This document shows positions 1-10,122 of a DNA stretch of 64,000 bases, in pieces (position 1 is the first letter of the stretch; the number at the start of each line of letters is the position of its first letter). Location of the stretch: assembly GCF_048261205.1 (NCBI RefSeq), contig NZ_JBLXGF010000004.1; one strand, given 5' to 3'. The notes under the pieces were generated by a model. That model searched no databases. It saw only the letters and a program-made list of their open reading frames with translations, and was not told the origin of the DNA. This DNA comes from Hoeflea sp. (lineage in GTDB: Bacteria; Pseudomonadota; Alphaproteobacteria; Rhizobiales; Rhizobiaceae). The position numbers and the translations under genes were made by a program.

Positions 1-1
1 A

Positions 2-472
2 GTTTCGGGATGGTCGAGAACGCAAAAGCAGCTTGAAGGCGTCACCTGCCATGCGGGCGAGGACGGGCTCGATGCTTTTCTGGCCTCGGCCGACATTTTC
101 GTGGTTTTGTTGCCGCTGACCGGTGAAACCCGGGAAATCCTCAACCGGGATCTGTTCCGCCGGATGAGCAAGCGTGGCCCACTGGGAGCGCCGGTGATGA
201 TCAATGCCGGGCGCGGCGGATTGCAGAACGAGGCAGACATTCTGGCAGCGCTTGATGAAGGGTTGCTGTCAGCGGTGACACTGGATGTGTTTCAACAGGA
301 GCCGCTCGATCCCGATAGCCCGTTCTGGACCCACCCCAAGGTGACGCTGACGCCGCATGCGGCTGCGGCATCGATGCCGAGCTCTCTGATCGAACCCATG
401 GCCAGGCAGATGGACGCCTTTGAGCGCGGCGAAGCGCTGGTCAATCTGGTCGACCGCACGGCTGGATACTAA
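2..472 (+). CDS. ghrA: 2-hydroxyacid dehydrogenase, glyoxylate/hydroxypyruvate reductase A family (5' partial)
   Basis: Frame open from base 2 (GWSRTQK...LLPLTGETREILN, INAGRGG, LDVFQQEPL, TPHAAA), ends VDRTAGY as in the GhrA family. Confidence 0.8.
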   Translation, partial: VSGWSRTQKQLEGVTCHAGEDGLDAFLASADIFVVLLPLTGETREILNRDLFRRMSKRGPLGAPVMINAGRGGLQNEADILAALDEGLLSAVTLDVFQQEPLDPDSPFWTHPKVTLTPHAAAASMPSSLIEPMARQMDAFERGEALVNLVDRTAGY

Positions 473-502
473 GCCGGCTATCGAATAAATTACCGGGCCG
501 GT

Positions 503-1363
503 TCAAGGCCTGCGATAGACCGTGGGCAGACCATAGAGCCTGGCAATCCGGTCGATGGCGGCTTGAAGCGGTTCGCGGGTTACAGTCATGGTGCCGCCGG
601 AAGCGTGAAGCAGCGTGTCCGGGTCCTCGAGAAAGCCGACATGGCCTTTCCAGAACACCAGATCGCCCCGCAGCAAGCCATCGCGTTGCGGGTCGACGAC
701 AGCGCCGAGGCCTGACGCCTGTTGATCGGAATCGCGCGGTGCGGCTTTTCCGGTCATGGCCAGCGCCATCTGCACCAGACCGGAACAATCAATGCCCAGG
801 CCGGTGCGTCCACCCCACAGATAAGGCGTCTCGAGAAACCGGGCTGCCACGGACACGGCGTCTTGGGTGGCAGCTTCACCAACCGGGCGCAAATGCGTGG
901 CGACAATCGCTGAGCCGTCTTCCAGAAGCGCGTAGGGCGTGCCCCTTGTTTCCGCATCGCCGACGATGCTTACCCGGCTTCCCATCGACAGGACCATGCG
1001 ATGCGGAAACCGCAGATCCGGGCCCGGATAGACGAAACTGCGGGGCACCGCCACGACATGCGTGGCCAGTGTCGAACCTTGCCTGATTGCCTCTTGGCGC
1101 ACATAGCCGACGTAACCGTCGGCCGCCAACTGCACCCATGCCCATCCACCGGAAATGTCGAACACGATCAGCGCCTCCCCCAGAAGCGCCTGGGTGTCAA
1201 TGCTGCACTTTGCATCAGGTCTGGGGCGGATATCGGCGACGGGCACGATCACCTCGCCGGGCGCGCCTTCGGTATAGCGCTCAGCGGTCACCTGACCCTT
1301 GAGGCGGCTATCTGCCAGGTCAGCCCGGTAGGCATGGGACCGGTGATCCAGTGCATCGCTCAT
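503..1363 (-). CDS. NlpC/P60 (C40) peptidase with N-terminal SH3-like domain
   Basis: PYLWGG...GIDCSGLVQ catalytic Cys motif, FWKGHVG His motif; N-terminal DTQALLGE/GWAWVQ...DGYVGYV SH3b-like segment. Confidence 0.9.
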   Translation of the reverse strand: MSDALDHRSHAYRADLADSRLKGQVTAERYTEGAPGEVIVPVADIRPRPDAKCSIDTQALLGEALIVFDISGGWAWVQLAADGYVGYVRQEAIRQGSTLATHVVAVPRSFVYPGPDLRFPHRMVLSMGSRVSIVGDAETRGTPYALLEDGSAIVATHLRPVGEAATQDAVSVAARFLETPYLWGGRTGLGIDCSGLVQMALAMTGKAAPRDSDQQASGLGAVVDPQRDGLLRGDLVFWKGHVGFLEDPDTLLHASGGTMTVTREPLQAAIDRIARLYGLPTVYRRP

Positions 1364-1728
1364 GCGCTTGCTCCCTCGGCGGAGGACAGCTTGCGGCCTT
1401 CCGCGATGATGATATCGCCAAGCCTTTCGACAAACAGCGCGCCTTCCACCGTCCGCTTGATGATGACGTTGCGTCTGTCACGCTCATCGCGGACCCGGCG
1501 CACCAGCGCCATGTGGCCCATGGTATCGAGCGCCCGGGTGATCACCGGCTTGGTGACGCCCAGCATGGCGGCAAGCCCGCGCACCGTATGGGGCGGCGGC
1601 GCCAGATAGATGTGCAGCAGAATGGCCAGTTGCCTCATGGTCAGATCCGGCCCGATGACCCGCACATGTTCAAGCGTGGCGGCATGCCACAAGCCGAGTG
1701 CGTCGGATGGCCGGAGGTCAAGGGACAT
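1360..1728 (-). CDS. MarR family transcriptional regulator
   Basis: 122 aa winged HTH (TVRGLAAMLGVTKPVITRALDTM, RDERDRRNV); 4-bp overlap with the NlpC/P60 gene. Confidence 0.85.
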   Translation of the reverse strand: MSLDLRPSDALGLWHAATLEHVRVIGPDLTMRQLAILLHIYLAPPPHTVRGLAAMLGVTKPVITRALDTMGHMALVRRVRDERDRRNVIIKRTVEGALFVERLGDIIIAEGRKLSSAEGASA

Positions 1729-1805
1729 GGTTTGCGTGCTTATATCATTTCGGTACCGGATACATTGGCCGAAACACCAGCACTTCGCAAGCCAACCGGA
1801 ATCAG

Positions 1806-3200
1806 TCAGGCCGGATGGCGTTTGCTGATCACCTCGAACAGGGCGCGAATGCCCTGGGCTTCGCCGCCGGACGGCGCATGGGGCTTGTCCTTCGGTGACC
1901 AGGCGAAGATGTCGAAATGCGCCCAGCTGATGTCAGACCCGACGAAACGCTTGAGAAACAGCGCCGCGGTGATCGAACCGGCAAAGCCGCCAGCCGGGGC
2001 ATTGGTCAGATCAGCGATCTTGGCTTTGACGTCGGCTTCGTAGGGCTTGTACAGCGGCATGCGCCAGAGCGGATCAACCACATCCGCCGATGCCAAGGCC
2101 AGAGCGGAAGCCAGGGTTTCATCATCGGTGTAGAAGGGCGGCAGATCAGGGCCGAGCGCCACCCGCGCGGCGCCCGTCAAAGTGGCCATGTCGATCAGAA
2201 GCTCCGGCTGCTCCTCGCAGGCATAGGTGAGCGCATCGGCCAGCACCAGACGGCCTTCGGCATCGGTGTTGTCGATCTGAACCGTCAGACCCTTGCGGCT
2301 GGTGAGCACATCGCCGGGCCGGAAAGCGGAGGCCGAGATCGAATTTTCAACCGCCGGAACCAGCACGCGCAGATCCACCGGCAATCCTGCATCCATGACC
2401 ATCATCGCCAGCGCCATGACATTGGCAGCCCCGCCCATGTCCTTCTTCATGTTCAGCATGGAAGACGACGGCTTGATATCAAGACCACCGGTATCGAAAC
2501 AGACGCCCTTGCCGACCAGTGTCAGTTTCGGCGCGCCCACCTGCCCCCAGCGCATTTCGAGAAGACGTGGCGGCTGGGCGGCGGCGCGGCCAACCGCATG
2601 GATCATCGGAAAGCCCTGCGAGATGAGATCATCGCCTGCCACCACATTCACCTTGGCCTTGTAGTGGCCGGCAAGACCCCGGAAGGCCGCCTCCAGCGCA
2701 TCGGGGCCCATATCATTGGCGGGCATGTTGACCAGATCGCGGGCAAGCCAGACCGCGGCCACTGTCCGCTGGAGTGCCGCGGCATCCGCATCCTCGGGAA
2801 TGGCCAGCCTCGGGCCTTCCGGAGCGGATTTCCGGTAGCTCTCGAACCGGTAGGCCCCCATGCCGAAAGCCAGTGCCATGGTTGCACCCGGGATCGGCGA
2901 GGTCTCGATGTGCCAGTCGCCCTTGGGCAGTGCCTGCGCCAGCTTGCCAGCGGCAAGCGGGTGGCACTGTCCCTCTTCGCCCAGACCGAACAGCGCTCCG
3001 GCCAGCTTGCCGTCTTGACCGGGAACCAGCAGCACAGCGCCTGCCGCCGCCTGGAAGCCTGCGGCCTTGGCCCATGCCAGCGCTGCATCATCGAGATTGC
3101 CATTCTCGATATCTGCGGGCGACACCGCCCGGACCGGCAAGCTTGCTTCTGCCGCAGACGAGAACACGGAAGGACGGTCGATATAGGCATAGGGCGACAT
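1806..3200 (-). CDS. Leucyl aminopeptidase (M17 family)
   Basis: LVGKGVCFDTGGLDIK, MKKDMGGAA, NTDAEGRLVLAD and TLTGA M17 signatures. Confidence 0.95.
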   Translation of the reverse strand: MSPYAYIDRPSVFSSAAEASLPVRAVSPADIENGNLDDAALAWAKAAGFQAAAGAVLLVPGQDGKLAGALFGLGEEGQCHPLAAGKLAQALPKGDWHIETSPIPGATMALAFGMGAYRFESYRKSAPEGPRLAIPEDADAAALQRTVAAVWLARDLVNMPANDMGPDALEAAFRGLAGHYKAKVNVVAGDDLISQGFPMIHAVGRAAAQPPRLLEMRWGQVGAPKLTLVGKGVCFDTGGLDIKPSSSMLNMKKDMGGAANVMALAMMVMDAGLPVDLRVLVPAVENSISASAFRPGDVLTSRKGLTVQIDNTDAEGRLVLADALTYACEEQPELLIDMATLTGAARVALGPDLPPFYTDDETLASALALASADVVDPLWRMPLYKPYEADVKAKIADLTNAPAGGFAGSITAALFLKRFVGSDISWAHFDIFAWSPKDKPHAPSGGEAQGIRALFEVISKRHPA

Positions 3201-3245
3201 GATTTCTCCTTGCGGTTCTCCGCATCCGGCGGCGGAGAATCAATC

Positions 3246-3268
3246 GTTAACTCTTGATTAGGGTTAAC
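3246..3268. promoter_or_regulatory. CtrA-like box upstream of tadD
   Basis: GTTAA-N7-TTAG at 3246-3261 (one mismatch to TTAA-N7-TTAAC on the minus strand) plus an adjacent GGTTAAC half-site. Confidence 0.55.
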
Positions 3269-3343
3269 AGATTATTGCTGGTGTGAAGACTGTGGCGCTG
3301 CCGTTCAGGGCCGCCGCGACGTTCAATTATCGGGATCAGAGCA

Positions 3344-4159
3344 ATGTCAGCGACCCAAACACGTTCCATTTTCCCACGCCAGCTGCTCGGTGCGGTGTGC
3401 ATCGCAGCGCTCGGCCTTTCGCTCGCAGGATGCGCGTCAAAGGGACAGCTGACAACGGGTTCGATTCCCTCCATGAACAAGCCGCTTGAGGCGATGAATG
3501 CATCGGAGCTGCATTCCGCTGCCGAAAGCATTGGCCAGGCCTATGACCGTAACCCGAAGGACGCAGCGGTGGGCATGAAGTATGCATCGGTGCTGACCAT
3601 GGGTGGCCGCGCGGAACAGGCCCTGGCAGTGATGCAACAGGTTGCCATTCACAATCCGACAGACCGGACGGTACTGGCAGCCTATGGCAAGGCGCTTGCA
3701 GGCGCCGGCCAGTTCGACAAGGCGCTGGACTCCATCCAGCGGGCCCAGACACCGGATCGCCCGGACTGGCAATTGCTGTCCGCGGAAGGCGCTATTCACG
3801 ACCAGATGGGTGATCCCGCCACCGCGCGGCAACGCTACCGCAAGGCACTCGACCTCCAGCCCAATGAACCATCCATCCTGTCAAACCTGGGTATGTCCTA
3901 TGTTTTGCAGGGCGACCTGAGGACGGCAGAGACCTATCTTTCGACAGCGGTCAGGCAACCCGGCGCTGACAGCCGGGTCCGCCAGAACCTTGCGCTGGTG
4001 GTCGGTCTGCAGGGCCGCTTCCAGGAAGCCGAAAAAATCGCCGGAGCGGAACTTTCCCCGCAACAGGCGAGTGCCAACGTGACCTATTTGCGCGCCATGC
4101 TGTCCCAGCAAAACGCCTGGAACAAGCTCAAGGAAGCGGACGCAAAAAACACCAACTGA
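3344..4159 (+). CDS. tadD: Tad pilus TPR lipoprotein (TadD-like)
   Basis: Lipobox LSLAGC, TPR repeats (SILSNLGMSYVLQGD, RVRQNLALVVGLQGRF), adjacent to the tad locus. Confidence 0.85.
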   Translation: MSATQTRSIFPRQLLGAVCIAALGLSLAGCASKGQLTTGSIPSMNKPLEAMNASELHSAAESIGQAYDRNPKDAAVGMKYASVLTMGGRAEQALAVMQQVAIHNPTDRTVLAAYGKALAGAGQFDKALDSIQRAQTPDRPDWQLLSAEGAIHDQMGDPATARQRYRKALDLQPNEPSILSNLGMSYVLQGDLRTAETYLSTAVRQPGADSRVRQNLALVVGLQGRFQEAEKIAGAELSPQQASANVTYLRAMLSQQNAWNKLKEADAKNTN

Positions 4160-4498
4160 TGCGGTGGTCCATTCCGGCAAGGTGAGGCCAAGACTTGCCG
4201 CCCCCTCTTGCCGCCGTCGTTCCGCCCGGAATTGTATTTTGCCCACGCGCGGATCAGATCGACGCCAAGTGGGTTGATGCCGCCTGGCGCTGACGCATCC
4301 TGCTCCACAGCCGGCACGACCGGCTGCCCCCCGACTTTTGTTTATTACCGCAGTGATATCTTTTTGACCCAGAGCCACTGGTGGCAGCAGCTCAGTCGCC
4401 AGGATCGAGCCAAAGCCTCAATTGCGCCGAGAATGCCCACGGACTGCCGTCCCCCCCGACGCGCGGCGTTGGCCGAGTGGGTGGATGTGCCGTGGATT

Positions 4499-5500
4499 TT
4501 AGCCGCCGAAATTGTCCATCACCTGGATGGCGGCAGGCCCGAGAATCACGCCGACTAGCACGGGCAGGAAGAACAGGATCATCGGCACGGTGAGCTTCGG
4601 CGGCAGTGCGGCTGCCTTCTTTTCGGCCTCGGTCATCCGCTGGTCACGGCTTTCCTGGGCGAGAACACGAAGAGCCTGGGCAATCGGTGTGCCGTAACGC
4701 TCGGACTGGATCAGCGCCTGGGTGACGGATTTCACCATCTCCAGGCCGGTCCGGTTGCCCAGGTTTTCGAAGGCCATTCGCCGGTCCTGAAGATAGGACA
4801 ATTCAGCGGTTGTCAGCACGAACTCTTCAGCCAGAGCCGTCGACTGAACCGCAATTTCCTCTGCCACGCGCTTCAGCGCGGCCTCGATCGATACGCCGGA
4901 TTCCACGCAGATCAGCATCAGGTCCAGTGCATCTGGCCAGGCAAGCTTGATCGACGCCTGACGCTTGCCTGCCTGATTGGAGACGAACATGTTGGGCGTA
5001 TAAAAGCCGATATAGGCGACGACGATGCAGGCCAGAATCCGGACGGTCAGCGGCTTATCGACAAGATTCTCAAGCACAAAGACATAGACAATCGCGGCGA
5101 CAAGAAAAATGAACGGCAACACAAAGCGCGCCAGCAGGAACATATTCAGCGAATTCTGGGTCCGGTAGCCCGCCGCACGCAACTTGGCAATGGTGGCGCC
5201 ATCGGCAAGCGCATCCTTGAGATTGAGCTGCTCGACAATACCGCGCACAGAGGCATTGTCGCGGGATCTGAGGCCGGCACTCTTCTGGCCGTTGCGCGAC
5301 TGTTCGGCGTTGAGGCGGGCGCGTTCCCTGGCGCGGATTTCATCGCGCTCGAGAGCCGCGGATTTCATCCGCGTGTCGAGATCGCCCTTTTCGAAATAAG
5401 GCGCCAGAATGGTGAATAGCGTGGCGAAAACCGCAATCGCAATCAGGATGGGAACCAAATTGGCCGGGTCCATGATGGACGACGCAAGATCGGTTATCAT
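4499..5500 (-). CDS. tadC: Tad pilus inner membrane platform protein TadC
   Basis: T2SSF-like: WPDALDLMLICVESGVSIEAAL, KAAALPPKLTVPMILFFLP. Confidence 0.93.
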   Translation of the reverse strand: MITDLASSIMDPANLVPILIAIAVFATLFTILAPYFEKGDLDTRMKSAALERDEIRARERARLNAEQSRNGQKSAGLRSRDNASVRGIVEQLNLKDALADGATIAKLRAAGYRTQNSLNMFLLARFVLPFIFLVAAIVYVFVLENLVDKPLTVRILACIVVAYIGFYTPNMFVSNQAGKRQASIKLAWPDALDLMLICVESGVSIEAALKRVAEEIAVQSTALAEEFVLTTAELSYLQDRRMAFENLGNRTGLEMVKSVTQALIQSERYGTPIAQALRVLAQESRDQRMTEAEKKAAALPPKLTVPMILFFLPVLVGVILGPAAIQVMDNFGG

Positions 5501-5512
5501 GATTTTCGTCCC

Positions 5513-6523
5513 CTAGATGTCAAAGTTGATCATGTTACGCATCACCATAATGCCGATCGACATCCAGACGGCGGATGCTCCGAGGATCAGATGCCCGCGC
5601 GGGTCGGTGAAGAGAATCATGATGTATTCGGGTGATGTGAGGTAGACCAGCGTGGCAACAATGAACGGCAACGCACCAATGATGGCCGCGGAGGCCTTTG
5701 CCTCCATCGACATCGCATTGATCTTGCCCTTCATTTTCTTACGGTCACGCAAAACCCGGGAGAGGTTGCCAAGGGCCTCCGACAGATTGCCGCCAGCCTG
5801 AGCCTGGATGGTGATCACGATGGCGAAAAAGTTCGCTTCCGACAGCGGTATCCGGGTGTAGAGCCGGGTGCAGGCCTCCGGAATATTCATCCCCATCTGC
5901 TGGGCTTCGACAATGCGCTTGAACTCGGTGCGGACAGGCTCCTGACCTTCGGCCGATATCATCCGGATCGCGTCGTTCAGCGGCAGGCCCGACTTGATGG
6001 ACCGCACCATAACGTCAAGCGAGTTGGGAAATTCGTTCAGAAACGCCTTCATCCGCCGGTTGCGCAGGAAACCGATAACCCAGCGCGGCACGCCTGCCCC
6101 GAAAATAATCATCACGCCCAAGGCAACCAGCGGGTTGCCTTGAAGGACAAACGCCACAAATCCGGCGATGAAGCCAACAAGGGCTGAAATGATGTAGAAT
6201 TTCTGGACAGAAATGGTCAGACCAGCCTGGGCGATCCGGTCTTTCAGAGCCGGCGATTTGCGGCGGTCATTTTCCTTGTTCTTCTCTTCCAGCGTCTTGA
6301 GCGAATCCTGAACGGATTTGCGCCGCTTGTTGGCTTCATTGAGCCTGTCACGCGCAGCCGTTGCCTTGGAGCGGTCGGTTTCGGCCGACTTGACCCGTTT
6401 GACCCGGCTTTCCGCCTTGCGTTCGCCCTCGATACGGGAATAGAGAACGCCATAGCCCAGCGCCCCCGCCGAAAGCGCGGCCAGGCCGATGATGGCGACT
6501 ACCACTATATCCAGACCAAACAC
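5513..6523 (-). CDS. tadB: Tad pilus inner membrane platform protein TadB
   Basis: FPNSLDVMVRSIKSGLPL, GGNLSEALGNLSRVLRDR, AMSMEAKASA; GTG start with AAGGAGA RBS. Confidence 0.93.
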   Translation of the reverse strand: MFGLDIVVVAIIGLAALSAGALGYGVLYSRIEGERKAESRVKRVKSAETDRSKATAARDRLNEANKRRKSVQDSLKTLEEKNKENDRRKSPALKDRIAQAGLTISVQKFYIISALVGFIAGFVAFVLQGNPLVALGVMIIFGAGVPRWVIGFLRNRRMKAFLNEFPNSLDVMVRSIKSGLPLNDAIRMISAEGQEPVRTEFKRIVEAQQMGMNIPEACTRLYTRIPLSEANFFAIVITIQAQAGGNLSEALGNLSRVLRDRKKMKGKINAMSMEAKASAAIIGALPFIVATLVYLTSPEYIMILFTDPRGHLILGASAVWMSIGIMVMRNMINFDI

Positions 6524-6535
6524 GCACGCGTCTCC

Positions 6536-8050
6536 TTAATCGGTCATTTTTTCCATGGCATCAAGCGAAGCGGCCAGCCGCTTGTCTTCGCCATAGTAAC
6601 GGGCCCGGTCCCAGAAATTCGGCCGGCCGATACCGGTCGAACGATGTTCGCCGATGATCTTGCCGTTGGCGTCTTCGCCAATCATCTCGTATTTCATCAG
6701 ATCCTGGGTGATGATCACGTCGCCTTCCATCCCGATGACTTCGGTGATGTGGGTGATACGGCGGGAACCATCGCGCAGGCGCGTCGCCTGAATGACAATA
6801 TCGACGGATCCGGCAATGATTTCACGGACCGTCTTGGCAGGCAGCGTGAAGCCGCCCATGGCAATCATCGATTCCATACGGCTGAGGCATTCGCGCGGGC
6901 TGTTGGCGTGAATTGTGCCCATCGAACCATCATGGCCGGTGTTCATCGCCTGCAGAAGGTCGAACACTTCCGGGCCACGAACCTCACCAACGATGATGCG
7001 TTCAGGGCGCATACGGAGGCAGTTCTTGACCAGATCACGCATGGTGATCTCGCCCTCGCCCTCAATGTTGGGCGGGCGGGTTTCAAGCCGCACCACATGC
7101 GGCTGCTGAAGCTGAAGTTCCGCCGAATCTTCGCAGGTGATGATGCGCTCGTCAGAATCGATATAGGCGGTCAGGCAATTAAGCAGCGTGGTCTTACCGG
7201 AACCGGTACCGCCGGAAATCACCACGTTACAACGCACACGTCCGATAATCTGCAGAACCGCAGCGCCTTCCGGCGTAATCGCACCGAACCTGACCAACTG
7301 ATCAAGCGTCAGCTTGTCTTTCTTGAACTTACGAATGGTCAGCGCAGTGCCGTCGATTGCCAGCGGCGGCGCGATGACGTTGACACGCGAGCCGTCGGGA
7401 AGACGGGCGTCGCAGATCGGGCTGGATTCATCCACCCGGCGGCCGACCTGGCTGACGATACGCTGGCAGATCGACAGCAGCTGACTGTTGTCGCGGAACC
7501 GGACATCGGTTTCCAAAACCTTTCCAGCGACTTCGATGTAAGTCATGCCGGAACCGTTGACCATGATGTCGGCGATGTCGTCACGCGCCAGCAACGGTTC
7601 AAGCGGACCATAGCCGAGCACATCGTTGCAGATGTCATCAAGCAGTTCTTCCTGCTCGGCAATCGACAAGGCCAGGTTCTTGATCGTGATGATATCATTG
7701 ACGATATCACGAATTTCCTCACGAGCGCTCTCACCATCAAGCTTGGCAAGCTGTGAAAGGTCGATGGTGTCGATGAGCGCCGAGAAAACCTGGCTCTTGG
7801 TATCGTAATAGGCCTCGTTGCGGGCGGACTTGCGCTTGACCGGCGGTTCTTCGCGGCGCGGGGCCGGCTGCTGCACAGGCTGCGGGGCGGGAGCAGGTGC
7901 TGCCGGGGCCTGAGCGGCTGGAGCCGGAGCCTGTACCGAGACGCTGGCCTCAAGCGCCGGGGCTGCCGGTGCTTCGGCACGGACCACAGGCTTGGGTGCC
8001 GGAGCTTGCGGCAGCCTGCCGGATCCATCATTGCTGCGTTTGCCGAACAT
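6536..8050 (-). CDS. cpaF: Tad pilus assembly ATPase CpaF/TadA
   Basis: Walker [40 protein letters not shown]; start placed at MFGKR. Confidence 0.95.
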   Translation of the reverse strand: MFGKRSNDGSGRLPQAPAPKPVVRAEAPAAPALEASVSVQAPAPAAQAPAAPAPAPQPVQQPAPRREEPPVKRKSARNEAYYDTKSQVFSALIDTIDLSQLAKLDGESAREEIRDIVNDIITIKNLALSIAEQEELLDDICNDVLGYGPLEPLLARDDIADIMVNGSGMTYIEVAGKVLETDVRFRDNSQLLSICQRIVSQVGRRVDESSPICDARLPDGSRVNVIAPPLAIDGTALTIRKFKKDKLTLDQLVRFGAITPEGAAVLQIIGRVRCNVVISGGTGSGKTTLLNCLTAYIDSDERIITCEDSAELQLQQPHVVRLETRPPNIEGEGEITMRDLVKNCLRMRPERIIVGEVRGPEVFDLLQAMNTGHDGSMGTIHANSPRECLSRMESMIAMGGFTLPAKTVREIIAGSVDIVIQATRLRDGSRRITHITEVIGMEGDVIITQDLMKYEMIGEDANGKIIGEHRSTGIGRPNFWDRARYYGEDKRLAASLDAMEKMTD

Positions 8051-8076
8051 GTTGCGTTCCACTCCAGACTTACAGA

Positions 8077-9363
8077 TTACTTACGGCCCAGAAGGCCCAT
8101 CAGAGACGACAAACCTGCCTTCTTGCGTTTCTTCACTTCCGCTCTGCCGGTCACCACATGGGCGATCTGGGACAGCGATTCGGCAGTTGGTGATTTGGCC
8201 GAGGATTCGGCAATCATCAAACCGGAGTTCGCCGCTTCACCAAAGAGCGGGGCATCGAAAGGAATGATCGCAAGAGGATCAATGTCCAACGGATCGCAGA
8301 ACGCCTCGGGTGAGATTTCAGGCCGCTTGGCCATTCCCACCTGATTGAGAACCAGAAGCGGCGGATGATCATTCGGGCGCAGTTTGCGCAAGGTGTCGAA
8401 CAGGTTCTTGGTGTTGCGCAGATTGGCCAGATCCGGGGTTGCCGTAATCACGATCTCATCCGCGGCGCAAAGCACTTTGCGGGTCCAGTCATTCCAGACA
8501 TGCGGCACATCAAGCACCGAAACGGGTGCGTTGCGTTGAATGATGTCGAGGATCGGCAGGAATGCGTCACCCGAGAAGTCATAGGTCCGGTCCAGCATGG
8601 ACGGCGCCGCAAGCATGGAAAGATGCTCGGAGCATTTTGACAGCAACCGGTCGAGGAACACTTCATCGAGGCGGTCGGGCGAATATACCGCTTCAGCTAT
8701 GCCCTGTGTCGGGTCGGTATCAAAATTGAGATTAGCGGTGCCGAAAGCCAGATCGAGATCGGCCAGAATGACCTCGCTGGAAAACAGGTTGGAAATGCTC
8801 CAGGCGCAGTTGTGGGCGAGAGTGGAGGAGCCGACACCGCCTTTCGCTCCGACAAAAGCAATGGAGCGGCCCAGCGGGGCAGCGTCCGGATCGACGAAGA
8901 TAGTCGAGATGACACCGATCACATCGGCCATGGAAACAGGCGCAACAATGTACTCAGAGACGCCATTGCGCACCAGTTCACGGTACAAGGCGACATCATT
9001 GACATGACCGACGATAACCACCCGCGTGTCGGGATCACACACGCTCGCAAGTTCCCCAAGCTCATCGAGCAGGGCCTGACCTTCGACGCGGGTCTCCAGA
9101 ATCAGAAGATTGGGTGTCGGCGATCCTGCAAACATGTTTGCCGCAGCCGAAACTCCGCCGGAATTGATGCGCAGGTTGACCTTGGCCATGCGGCGGTCCT
9201 GAGAGCACCGTTCCATGGTCTTGGCCATGCCTTCGGTTTCGACGAAGGCGTGGACAGAAATACGCGGCAGAGGGCGGATCCGCTCGAAATCACCCCGTTC
9301 CGAAGCGATGTCTGCGTCATCGGACTGGGTTTGCTGCTCAAGCGCATAATCAAGATTGGTCAT
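8077..9363 (-). CDS. cpaE: Pilus assembly protein CpaE/TadZ (receiver-like plus MinD-like ATPase)
   Basis: Receiver-like N-terminus (VVIVGHVNDVALYRELVRNGVSEY), deviant Walker A GAKGGVGSST. Confidence 0.93.
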   Translation of the reverse strand: MTNLDYALEQQTQSDDADIASERGDFERIRPLPRISVHAFVETEGMAKTMERCSQDRRMAKVNLRINSGGVSAAANMFAGSPTPNLLILETRVEGQALLDELGELASVCDPDTRVVIVGHVNDVALYRELVRNGVSEYIVAPVSMADVIGVISTIFVDPDAAPLGRSIAFVGAKGGVGSSTLAHNCAWSISNLFSSEVILADLDLAFGTANLNFDTDPTQGIAEAVYSPDRLDEVFLDRLLSKCSEHLSMLAAPSMLDRTYDFSGDAFLPILDIIQRNAPVSVLDVPHVWNDWTRKVLCAADEIVITATPDLANLRNTKNLFDTLRKLRPNDHPPLLVLNQVGMAKRPEISPEAFCDPLDIDPLAIIPFDAPLFGEAANSGLMIAESSAKSPTAESLSQIAHVVTGRAEVKKRKKAGLSSLMGLLGRK

Positions 9364-9408
9364 AAACGTTGTCCTGCTTCGTAGAGCGCGTTGTGGTTTG
9401 CCTGGTCA

Positions 9409-10122
9409 TTATTCCAGTCCCGCACCCTTGGTCCGGTATGCCTCAATCACAGTGGAGCGCCGCTCGGCATCGATCGGGGTCATGCCGCGGGGCGCAATCA
9501 GATCACCTGGATTGGCGATCTGGGCGGCCAGATTGTTCTGGGTGGCGCAGCCGAAATTGGCATAGTGCTTGTTCTCGGTGGTGTCGGCAAGCATGTCTTC
9601 GGGCCAACGCCCGCACTCTCCGGTGGACGCGCTGATGGCCATGAAGGCTATGCGAATGGGCGCAGCATCGGTAGGGGACGAGACCGGATAGGGAGATGAA
9701 AGAATACGGTTGGCAGGAACGCCTTCCTTGCGCAGGACATCGGCCACCTGTGTTGAAAGCACCGAAGCCGCACCGGCATTGGCGGAGCCTGTCGGCACCA
9801 TGATGCGGATGGCACCGGATGCGCTGGATCTGTAACTCTGGGCCGCGCCGCGGACGGTCTCACGCATGGATGTCGTCAGTTTGCGGTCGCCTGAAGCAAC
9901 CGCCAGATCCACCGTATGCTCCTGTTCTGCGACAATGATCGGGTGGTTGGTGCGGTAATCATCGGGAACCGCGCCCACCGTAATGCTCTTGCCAGGCCAG
10001 CCGGCACAGCCTGAGAGCAGCAAGGAAGCGACCAGCATCGGCGCCGCGAAAGTCCGGAGCGGCCGGTGATCAGGATTAACGGGAACAGAGATCTTGCTCG
10101 ACATGGTGAGGTTCCTGATCAT
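9409..10122 (-). CDS. cpaD: Pilus assembly lipoprotein CpaD
   Basis: Lipobox LLLSGC, CGRWPED, NFGCATQNNLAAQIANPGDL. Confidence 0.92.
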   Translation of the reverse strand: MIRNLTMSSKISVPVNPDHRPLRTFAAPMLVASLLLSGCAGWPGKSITVGAVPDDYRTNHPIIVAEQEHTVDLAVASGDRKLTTSMRETVRGAAQSYRSSASGAIRIMVPTGSANAGAASVLSTQVADVLRKEGVPANRILSSPYPVSSPTDAAPIRIAFMAISASTGECGRWPEDMLADTTENKHYANFGCATQNNLAAQIANPGDLIAPRGMTPIDAERRSTVIEAYRTKGAGLE

